This document shows, piece by piece, positions 56,448 to 64,000 of a DNA stretch of 64,000 nucleotides (its first letter is position 1; the number at the start of each line of letters is the position of its first letter). Source of the stretch: an uncultured Candidatus Saccharibacteria bacterium (GTDB taxonomy: Bacteria; Patescibacteriota; Minisyncoccia; Phycocordibacterales; JACOZG01); contig CAYHYA010000001.1 of assembly GCA_964360815.1 (NCBI GenBank), positions 5,574-69,573 of the forward strand, given 5' to 3'. The notes below the pieces were generated by a model. It was given only the letters and a program-made list of their open reading frames with translations, had not been told where the DNA came from and searched no databases. A program made the translations under genes and the position numbers.

Positions 56448-58142
56448 TCAAATTTTAGTCACTCGCAAAACTTCTTCGAGCGTGGTGAGGCCGGATAAAA
56501 CTTTATCCACGCCGTCCTCGAGCATGGTCGTGAGCCCGGCGCGACGGGCCGCTTGAACAATTTCGTTCGACGCGGCCCGCGCTACCACGAGTGCCTTGAT
56601 CGCATCATCCATCTCGAGCACTTCAAAAATGCCGACTCGCCCCTGATAACCAGTCTGACTGCAGACCGTGCAACCCTGTCCATGATAAAAAGTTAATTTG
56701 GTTAAACTGCTATAACCGCGGTCTTTAAAAATTTGTTTCAGTTCCGGCTCATCGACAATCAATTTTTTAGTTTCCGCCGAAGGTGCGGCCGAGACCCGAC
56801 AACGATCGCAAACTTTCCGCACCAGCCGCTGGGCGATAATTACGTTGATTGTCGAAGCGACGAGAAATGGTTCGATCTCGAGGTCAAGGAGTCGCGGTAG
56901 CGTGGTGGCGGCATCGTTCGCATGGAGCGTGGAGAGAACGAGATGGCCCGTCATGGCCGAATTAACGGCAATACCGGCGGTTTCCTCATCCCGAATTTCT
57001 CCAACCACGATAATGTCCGGATCCTGACGCACGATTGCCCGCAAACCCAAAGCGAAAGTTAGGTTAGTTTTCGGGTTAACCTGAATTTGGCTCACCCCTT
57101 CGATGTCATACTCAACCGGATCTTCGATCGTGGCCACATGAACGTCTCGCGTATTTAAAATTTTTACGACGGCGTAAACCGTCGTGGTTTTACCAGAGCC
57201 GGTCGGACCAGTGACCAGAATCATCCCGTGCGGATTATCTATCGCCCGTTTAACCTTAACTAAATCGGTCTCGCCCAAACCCAAATCCGTTAAGCTGAAC
57301 TTCCGGCTCTGTTCAGAAAGTAGGCGGAGCACGACATTTTCGCCATCAGTCACCGGCACGATGGACACGCGCACATCAATCGGTTCATTTCGAACCATAA
57401 ACTGGAGCTTGCCGTCTTGCGCCGAACGGTGTTCGTCGGTGCGCATCCGGGCGAGAATTTTGATGCGCGTTAAAATGACGTCAGACAAACCCCGTGGCAA
57501 TTCCAAAACATCGTGCATGACTCCATCAATCCGAAAGCGCACCAGCACTTTCTGTCGCGTTGGTTCGATGTGGATGTCCGAGCACTTATTCTGGTGACCA
57601 TATTGGAAAAGTAGGTCAACCAAGCGAATCGTCTGCTCGTCGCGCCCTTCTTTACTCAAGCGTTCGTCGAGTACTCGTTCTAGGGTTGACTCAAACTCGG
57701 ATTTCAAACTACCTTTGTAATTATTTAGGGCTTCGTCAAGATCGCGCCGCGTAATCAATCCCGCGATAATTCGTTCGCCCAAACGCTTTTCGAGCAAGTG
57801 CACCGTCGCCAGATCAGACGGATCAACCATGCCGACCTTGATTCCCTCACGCGAGCGCGATACGGCAATCACCCCGCGATGTCGCGCCACCATTTCCGGC
57901 ACTCGACTAAAAATCGCCGACTCAATCTTTTCGCGCCGGAGATCAAACCAGTGAAGATCCTGCGCCTCGGCCACCAAGCGGGCCAGATCGCTATCGCGGA
58001 TCAAGTCTTTATCAACCAAGACATCCCACAACTCGCGGTGCTCGGCCTGACTGGCAGTGACGGCCAACTCGAAATCGGCCAGTTTAAGATGACCTGGGGT
58101 GACGAGAATATTTTTTAATTGAGCGGTGGTTAGAGGCACGTT
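56448..58142 (-). CDS. pilB: Type IV pilus assembly ATPase PilB (GspE family); start approximate
   Basis: SDIHIEP, RFRIDG, TGPTGSGKTTT, TIEDPVEY, RQDPDIIVVGEIRD, TGHLVLSTLH, zinc motif. Confidence 0.95.
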   Translation of the reverse strand, partial: NVPLTTAQLKNILVTPGHLKLADFELAVTASQAEHRELWDVLVDKDLIRDSDLARLVAEAQDLHWFDLRREKIESAIFSRVPEMVARHRGVIAVSRSREGIKVGMVDPSDLATVHLLEKRLGERIIAGLITRRDLDEALNNYKGSLKSEFESTLERVLDERLSKEGRDEQTIRLVDLLFQYGHQNKCSDIHIEPTRQKVLVRFRIDGVMHDVLELPRGLSDVILTRIKILARMRTDEHRSAQDGKLQFMVRNEPIDVRVSIVPVTDGENVVLRLLSEQSRKFSLTDLGLGETDLVKVKRAIDNPHGMILVTGPTGSGKTTTVYAVVKILNTRDVHVATIEDPVEYDIEGVSQIQVNPKTNLTFALGLRAIVRQDPDIIVVGEIRDEETAGIAVNSAMTGHLVLSTLHANDAATTLPRLLDLEIEPFLVASTINVIIAQRLVRKVCDRCRVSAAPSAETKKLIVDEPELKQIFKDRGYSSLTKLTFYHGQGCTVCSQTGYQGRVGIFEVLEMDDAIKALVVARAASNEIVQAARRAGLTTMLEDGVDKVLSGLTTLEEVLRVTKI

Positions 58143-58539
58143 AAGAGTGACGAGCGCGAGCGAGTTCGGCTTTAATTTTTTCCACCACGGTTTTAATCTC
58201 CACGTCCGACTTAACCAAATAATCGCTCGCCCCGAGCGCTTTGGCTTTGGCAATATCGGTGTCCTGTCCCAGGTTCGACAACACGATCACGGGCGGGGGT
58301 TTCGCCACTCGTCCCAACTTCATTTCCGCTAAAACCTCAAAACCGTTTTTCCGGGGCATGATCAGGTCGAGTAACACCAAATCGGGCGCCTCGCTTTTAA
58401 TCTTGTCGAGCGCCTCTTCGCCGTTGATCGCTTTGATCACGGTAAAACCCGCGCGCGTCAGCTTGTCGCCCAGGGCGACGGAAAGAAACTTGTCATCCTC
58501 GGCGAGCAGGATTTTGCCCAATGTTTTTTCTTCAGACAC
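58141..58539 (-). CDS. Single-domain response regulator
   Basis: ILLAEDD, LLDLIMP..NGFEVL, GASDYLVK. Confidence 0.92.
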   Translation of the reverse strand: MSEEKTLGKILLAEDDKFLSVALGDKLTRAGFTVIKAINGEEALDKIKSEAPDLVLLDLIMPRKNGFEVLAEMKLGRVAKPPPVIVLSNLGQDTDIAKAKALGASDYLVKSDVEIKTVVEKIKAELARARHS

Positions 58540-58548
58540 AAAATTTAT

Positions 58549-59676
58549 TTAATTTAAACCCTTGATCCCCTCTTTTTTGCTCATTCCGCTAAGCGGCAAG
58601 GTAACAGTGAAAGAGGTGCCTTGGCCCTCGAGCGAATCAAACCAAATTTGGCCACCGGCCGCTTCAACAATCGCTCGAACGATATAAAGACCGAGGCCAG
58701 TCCCCTCGGCTTCTTTATCCCTAATATTATCAGCCCGAAAGAGTTTCGTAAATATTTTCCCACGGGCGGCGTTCGGAATGCCATAGCCGGTATCGGTCAC
58801 TTTAATTGAAACCTGCTCCCCAGCGCGACTAATCGTTAACGTAATCGTCCCGCCGGCCGGCGTGTACTTAACGGCGTTCGAAAGGAGGTTTTGAAAAATG
58901 ATTCGCACCAACTTGGGATCGGCGTTGATCACCGGCACGGCCGGATCGTATTGCTTGTTCAGAGAAAGATTTTTGGCCGCCACTGGCGGCGCCAGTTCGA
59001 CCAACACTTCGTCGGCCACGGCCGCGAAATTGGTCGGTGCCGGATCAATGGCGAAAGTGCCAAGTTCGATCCGCGAAACGTTCAACAGCGAATTCACCAA
59101 TTCGACCATCCGCCGGTTGGAGTCTTGCAAGTTATGGAGATACTCACGCTGTTTGTCGTTCAACGGACCAACCTCTTCTTCGAGCATCATCTCCGAATAC
59201 CAGTTAACGGCCGAGAGCGGGGTTTTCAGTTGATGCGAAGCCAAAGAAACAAATTCCGTCTTGGCCTGATCAATCTCCTTCTCTTTAGTGATATCGCGAA
59301 ACAAAATGATCGCGCCGGAAACTTCGTTGTGGGTTAAAAGTGGCGCGATCATCATCGCCACGGGAAACCAGCGCCCATTCTTGGCCTTGACCGAAATTTG
59401 GTCGAGCAAACTAATCGAGATGATGTTTCGTTCAGCCATCGCCTTCTCGATCGGCAAAGAATCGTAAGACAACTCTCGGCCGTCGCGGCCGGAAACTAGA
59501 ACCGTGCGAATGTCTTGACCGGTCGCCTCGGACGGCGCCGTACGCAAAAGAATGCCGGCGGCCTGATTCATTAAAATCACGCGGCGTTCATTATCAATGG
59601 CGATCAACCCTTCGGCCATTGACGACAAGATGGCATTGAGCTGATTTTGCTTGTCTTTTGATTCTTCGTCGTCCAT
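58549..59676 (-). CDS. Cytoplasmic PAS-domain histidine kinase
   Basis: PAS domain; ASHQLKTPL, NLLSNAVKYT, DTGYGI, GTGLGL; no TM. Confidence 0.92.
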   Translation of the reverse strand: MDDEESKDKQNQLNAILSSMAEGLIAIDNERRVILMNQAAGILLRTAPSEATGQDIRTVLVSGRDGRELSYDSLPIEKAMAERNIISISLLDQISVKAKNGRWFPVAMMIAPLLTHNEVSGAIILFRDITKEKEIDQAKTEFVSLASHQLKTPLSAVNWYSEMMLEEEVGPLNDKQREYLHNLQDSNRRMVELVNSLLNVSRIELGTFAIDPAPTNFAAVADEVLVELAPPVAAKNLSLNKQYDPAVPVINADPKLVRIIFQNLLSNAVKYTPAGGTITLTISRAGEQVSIKVTDTGYGIPNAARGKIFTKLFRADNIRDKEAEGTGLGLYIVRAIVEAAGGQIWFDSLEGQGTSFTVTLPLSGMSKKEGIKGLN

Positions 59677-59769
59677 TAGTGGGAATTATAACGCATCAGC
59701 CAGCGAACAAAAAACGCCCCGTCTAACTTTAAGTTTAAGACGGGGCGTTACTGTCGCCGCTTCCCACTT

Positions 59770-59991
59770 TTATTCTCTTACCAAAAAATGCACCGTATAG
59801 TAGGGTCTATCCACTCCATCCGCCGAACCGTGCCATTGAAAACTGTCGAAAATGATCGCGGTTCCCTGTTTTTCAGATAACTTCCGAAACCTCCTGTTCC
59901 TTTTCTTCAAAACTTTAAATCCCAACTCGATAATTTCACCATCAACATCGCCATTTTTCCTGGCCGGAACGCGAGCAACAAACGGCTTCAT
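59770..59991 (-). CDS. Hypothetical protein
   Basis: ATGA overlap with the upstream ORF; terminator at 59709-59749. Confidence 0.45.
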   Translation of the reverse strand: MKPFVARVPARKNGDVDGEIIELGFKVLKKRNRRFRKLSEKQGTAIIFDSFQWHGSADGVDRPYYTVHFLVRE

Positions 59992-60176
59992 CTGACCCTC
60001 GCGACAAAACCAAAACCTAGAGGTAGGCGTAGCTGATCTTTCTCATTGCTCCTTTGTCGCAGCCGTTTAAGCCTCCGGGCACGTTCATTTTTACAATCAA
60101 GACATCCCGACCCCTCGATCGACCCCCTATTACCACATTTCCCGCAGATGCCAACGGTATACCCTTTTTTATTCAT
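59988..60176 (-). CDS. Small CxxC...CxxC zinc-finger protein
   Basis: GGAGGT SD; CGKC...CLDC. Confidence 0.5.
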   Translation of the reverse strand: MNKKGYTVGICGKCGNRGSIEGSGCLDCKNERARRLKRLRQRSNEKDQLRLPLGFGFVARVR

Positions 60177-60259
60177 GCCCGACTACCTCCAGTTGAATCG
60201 GAGCCCGGTTTTCGGGTTAACGCAACCCGAACTAATCCAACGCTAGTTTAACCAATTGG

Positions 60260-62911
60260 TCAAACCGCGTCAACCTCGGCCAACCGGCAGTAACGCTGCC
60301 GCGCGAAGAACTTTCGAATTTCTTCCACCACGAGAATCGAGGCGGCCACGGCGATTAGCGCGAACCACTCCGACCAACCAAGCGGCACGGTGTGCAAAAA
60401 CTTTTGTAACCACGGATTATAAATAACCAGTAGTTGTAAAGAGATGACGATCGCGGTGGCGCCGAGCAAAAACTTGTTGGTGAAAAAATTAATTTGAAAA
60501 ATTGACTTCGTTTCGTGTCGACAGTTCCAAGCATTGAACCACTGGAACACCGCTAGCCCGGTCAACGCGACCGTTTGCGCATGGGCCAGATCGACGGCAA
60601 AATATTTCTGAAACAAATATAGTGTCCCCAGCATCATCGGCAAAGACATCACCAACATCCTCTGAACCATCAACTTGTCAACCAAATATCTTTTCGGCCG
60701 TTCAAAATTCCCCTTCAGCAAGCCGGCCTCTTTCGGTTCCATCGCCAGAGCCACGTCGAGGAAGCCATCGGTGACAAAGTTCAACCAAATAATTTGCGCC
60801 GGCAAAAGCGGTAAGGGGTAACCAAGAAAAAGCGCGCCCACAATAGTTAGGACTTCGCCCCAACTGGTGGAGAAGAGATAAAGAATGACTTTCTTGATCG
60901 TTTTGTAAATACTTCGGCCCTCTTCCACCGCCGACACGATACTGCCAAAATTATCATCCAACAGAACGATATCCGCGGCCTCTTTGGCCACTTCGGTACC
61001 GATCCGACCCATCGCCACGCCAAGATCAGCCGCCACGAGCGACGGCGCATCGTTGACGCCATCGCCAGTCATCGCCACGACTTCGCCGCGCGCTCGATAA
61101 GCGTTCACGATGCGTAGTTTGTGTTCCGGCGTGACCATGGCAAACACCGAAGTCTTGGCGAGCGCCAATGATAAATCGTGAGCCGAAAGCTGGTCAATGT
61201 CTTGACCGGTGAGAACGGTGTCGCCTTCTCGGTAAATGCCCGCTTCGCGGGCAATCGATCGCGCCGTGACCTTGTGATCGCCAGTAATCATCACCACGCG
61301 GATGCCGGCCTCGCGGGCGCGCGCCAAGGCCGCCGGCACTTCGGCCCGCAAGGCGTCTTTCATCCCCAAAAAGCCGACAAAGGTCAGCGCGTGGATTTTG
61401 GTCGAGGATAATTCTTCCGCCGGATGATCATCCTTGGCCACCGCTACCACCCTTAAGCCCTCCCGCGATAAAGACAGAAAAACATTTTCCAGTTCATGTC
61501 GTTTTTCCACCGACAACTCATGTTGACCGGTTGAACTCCAGATTTTTCGACAGAGACCGAGAATGGTTTCCGGTGCGCCGACTACTGTCAATAATTTACC
61601 GCTACTCGACATCGCCTCGCGATGAAGCGTGGCGTGATATTTAAGATTGTAATCAAACGGGATTTCGCCAATGAGGGGTGACTCGCGTTCGAGATCGTCT
61701 TTATGGAAACCAAGTTTTTTGGCCAGAACGAGCAGGGCGGCTTCGGTCGGATCACCGGCCACGCGCCAAATTTTATCAGTGGCGGAAAAGATTACTCGCG
61801 CGTCGGCGCAAAACGCCGCCATTTTCCCCACCAACACCAGTTCGGGGTGATTGAGCGGATCAATCACGGCTCCCGCGAGCTGGATTTCCCCGGTTGGTTC
61901 ATAGCCAACGCCGCCGACCGTAAAGATTTTTCCATCAGAGTAAACCTTCCTGATGACTAATTCGTTTTTCGTGATCGTCCCAGTTTTATCCACGGCAATG
62001 ACCCGAGCTTGCCCCAGCGCCTCAACTGCCTGAAGTCTTTTAACCAGAGCGTGATTTTTAGACATTCGCCAAACACCCGTGGCCAAAACGAGCGTCATCA
62101 CGATTAACAAACCTTCGGGAATAATGGAAACGGCGAGCGAAACCACGGTGGTAAACATCTCCTTGGTTGGCTGACCGGAAATCGCCCCGAGAATAAACAA
62201 ACCGGCGCTGATGCCGGCCACGACCCAGATAATCAAGCGTGATAAGTTGCGGATATCGTTTTTGAGTGGGATCTCCGTTTCGTTTATCGCCACGGCTTTA
62301 GAGATTTGGCCGACGGCAGTATGGACACCGGTGGCCACAACCAACGCGCGACCACTGCCGGCCAAGACCTGCGTGGCTTTGAAAATCAGGTTCTTGTGCT
62401 CTGGGGTTTTGTGAACCGGCTGGGATTCGCCGGTTAGGGCGGCTTCGTCAATTTTCAAATTAGCGGCGGTGATAATTCGCGCGTCGGCTGGCACCTTCTC
62501 CCCGCCACGGAGAATAACGATGTCCCCGAGCACGACCTCATGGTCGGGCACGATCAGTTCTTCACCATCACGAACCACCGTGGCGGTTGTTTCAACAAAC
62601 TTTTTCAGAGCCAAAAGGGTGTTCTGTGTTCGACCTTCTTGAACTGTGCCGATCAGCGCGTTAAAGACCAAAACGGCGAAAATGATCGCGCCGTCAACCG
62701 TCTCCCCCAACGCCAAAATTGTTGCCCCGGCGGCTAAAAGAATATAAATTAACGGACTTTGAAATTGGCGCAGAAAGATCAGCGCCAGATGGTCAGTTTT
62801 AGCACTGGGTAATTTGTTTCGACCGTGGCGCTCAAGCCGGCGCGCCGCTTCGGCGCGGCTTAAACCGCGCTCGTTGGATTCAAGTGTTTGGAAGAGTTCG
62901 GTGAGAGTTAT
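60260..62911 (-). CDS. P-type cation-transporting ATPase (P2A-like); frame open back to an ATA codon at 62911
   Basis: TGES, PEGL, DKTGT, TGD, GDGVND; N-terminal GLS..EA..RL...G.N.L...RQFQSPLIYIL lies upstream of the ORF-track TTG at 62716. Confidence 0.88.
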   Translation of the reverse strand: MTLTELFQTLESNERGLSRAEAARRLERHGRNKLPSAKTDHLALIFLRQFQSPLIYILLAAGATILALGETVDGAIIFAVLVFNALIGTVQEGRTQNTLLALKKFVETTATVVRDGEELIVPDHEVVLGDIVILRGGEKVPADARIITAANLKIDEAALTGESQPVHKTPEHKNLIFKATQVLAGSGRALVVATGVHTAVGQISKAVAINETEIPLKNDIRNLSRLIIWVVAGISAGLFILGAISGQPTKEMFTTVVSLAVSIIPEGLLIVMTLVLATGVWRMSKNHALVKRLQAVEALGQARVIAVDKTGTITKNELVIRKVYSDGKIFTVGGVGYEPTGEIQLAGAVIDPLNHPELVLVGKMAAFCADARVIFSATDKIWRVAGDPTEAALLVLAKKLGFHKDDLERESPLIGEIPFDYNLKYHATLHREAMSSSGKLLTVVGAPETILGLCRKIWSSTGQHELSVEKRHELENVFLSLSREGLRVVAVAKDDHPAEELSSTKIHALTFVGFLGMKDALRAEVPAALARAREAGIRVVMITGDHKVTARSIAREAGIYREGDTVLTGQDIDQLSAHDLSLALAKTSVFAMVTPEHKLRIVNAYRARGEVVAMTGDGVNDAPSLVAADLGVAMGRIGTEVAKEAADIVLLDDNFGSIVSAVEEGRSIYKTIKKVILYLFSTSWGEVLTIVGALFLGYPLPLLPAQIIWLNFVTDGFLDVALAMEPKEAGLLKGNFERPKRYLVDKLMVQRMLVMSLPMMLGTLYLFQKYFAVDLAHAQTVALTGLAVFQWFNAWNCRHETKSIFQINFFTNKFLLGATAIVISLQLLVIYNPWLQKFLHTVPLGWSEWFALIAVAASILVVEEIRKFFARQRYCRLAEVDAV

Positions 62912-63312
62912 GGATTGGAATTAAAAGACTTAAACCACTCTTTGGCGTTCCTTGGCCAACCCAGCATAAAGAGCAGAGCAAGCGGCGCACCCCAGTTGGC
63001 CGAACGTTCAACGAAATCCCAAGCGGGATCAGGCCCAATTGGCCAGCGAATCAGGGCTGTCCATAACCCCCAAAGGGCCATCCAGAGTACCGCCAAACGA
63101 ATCGGTTTGATGAGAACGAGGATTGCGAGCAGGAGGTCGACCAGTCCAACCAGAAACAAAAGGTTGACGATTAAGCCGGTTTCGGTAATCCCTACGGCGT
63201 TAAAATACTTAAACCAACCCTCTTTACCCTGCAAAGCGAAAACACCATGACCAATAAACTCGCCAGCGACCGCCACCCGCAAAATCCACTCGACTAATTT
63301 TGAATTATTCAT
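62908..63312 (-). CDS. DoxX-like membrane protein
   Basis: LRVAVAGEFIGHG; four hydrophobic segments; WDFVER.ANW. Confidence 0.6.
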   Translation of the reverse strand: MNNSKLVEWILRVAVAGEFIGHGVFALQGKEGWFKYFNAVGITETGLIVNLLFLVGLVDLLLAILVLIKPIRLAVLWMALWGLWTALIRWPIGPDPAWDFVERSANWGAPLALLFMLGWPRNAKEWFKSFNSNP

Positions 63313-63334
63313 AGTGATTCAATTATATCTCGAA

Positions 63335-64000
63335 TCAAGCTTGTCTAATATAACGCCTGTTGATAGTGATCGAGGTATACCCGAGAGCAATAAACACGAA
63401 ACCAAGAATCACGAGGGCAATCGGCCAACCGACCGAGTCGTAAAAATACTCGCTGGTGATATAAGAGACATGCGCGATTAAAAAAAGCGTGCTCCAAAGA
63501 AGCAGGCTACGATTTTTGAGGCGGGCGGACAAAAAGAGCCCGATGAGCACGATCAAGAAGAAGAATCCCTGCCACGGCGGTGAATCGAAAACCCGCGAAA
63601 AAGCGGCGGCTAAAAATCCGCCACTACCAAAGAAATAAAGCACGTCGAGTAATTTTTTATTCCAACCATCACGGAAAGCTTGAGCGAGTAAAAGATAGCT
63701 CGCCCCCACCACCATGGTGAGGTAGGCATATAAATCGTCGTGTCGATACGCCGGTCCCGGGGTCAGGGCTTCGATCAAGAGGTAAATAAAAGCCGTGCCG
63801 TTGGCGATAGCAAAAAAAGTCAGTAGCGGATGCTTGTGAATAGTGCTTAGCAACAAATAAAAACCACAGATCACGCCAAACACCAGCGCCACCGGCCCCA
63901 AAGAAACGAAATCTACACCGAGCTCGTGAAGCGTGACCAGCGCGCCACCCGGAATCAACATCCCGCCGAGAAAGTGGAAAATTACTCCGAGCTTGTCCGC
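63335..64000 (-). CDS. Multi-pass membrane protein (DUF2157-like), N-terminus outside the window
   Basis: Hydrophobic ORF; YITSEYF..S.GWP.AL. Confidence 0.6.
   Translation of the reverse strand, partial: ADKLGVIFHFLGGMLIPGGALVTLHELGVDFVSLGPVALVFGVICGFYLLLSTIHKHPLLTFFAIANGTAFIYLLIEALTPGPAYRHDDLYAYLTMVVGASYLLLAQAFRDGWNKKLLDVLYFFGSGGFLAAAFSRVFDSPPWQGFFFLIVLIGLFLSARLKNRSLLLWSTLFLIAHVSYITSEYFYDSVGWPIALVILGFVFIALGYTSITINRRYIRQA

Noticed and set aside
58143-58253. N-terminal extension of PilB in the ORF track
   Set aside because: It overlaps the response regulator in another frame; the real start is probably near that gene's stop.
9011-61140. Off-target DGR mutagenesis as the cause of odd residues in RecA, the ABC ATPase and the P-type ATPase
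   Set aside because: These sites share no homology with TR, and the implied changes are not all at adenines.
1-64000. Alternative genetic code (TGA = Gly)
   Set aside because: Core genes are intact under code 11 and several (ftsK, recA, tatD) end in TGA.

Overview
This is a chromosomal segment of a small-genome bacterium, most likely Patescibacteria/CPR (Parcubacteria-like; genetic code 11, TGA = stop). It carries housekeeping genes (ftsK, recA, efp, rpsF-ssb-rpsR, tatD, metG, glyQS, recO, ileS, argS, tmk, glyA, thyX-like, dcd, secE-nusG-rplK, tRNA-His), a type IV pilus cluster with a two-component pair, three type II TA modules, surface proteins, and a REP-associated tyrosine transposase with several palindromic repeat families. 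There are two main highlights. (1) A complete diversity-generating retroelement (32582-35098) has a 119-bp TR/VR pair with 14 of 16 mismatches at TR adenines. Its avd and RT genes overlap back-to-back on opposite strands and share one C9/G9 tract, and adding a single base would put an ATG in frame for both genes at once, suggesting a one-nucleotide phase-variable switch. (2) A ~400-nt transcription unit with no substantial ORF (13718-14157, minus strand) has a near-consensus promoter, an intrinsic terminator, many stems and two apparent pseudoknots, and I cannot assign it to a known RNA class. Other observations include poly-G tracts in surface/pilin loci, palindromes inserted in frame in EF-P and TatD, a His-phosphatase domain inside IleRS, and a split between leaderless core genes and Shine-Dalgarno-led accessory cassettes. 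All calls are by eye, with no database searches.
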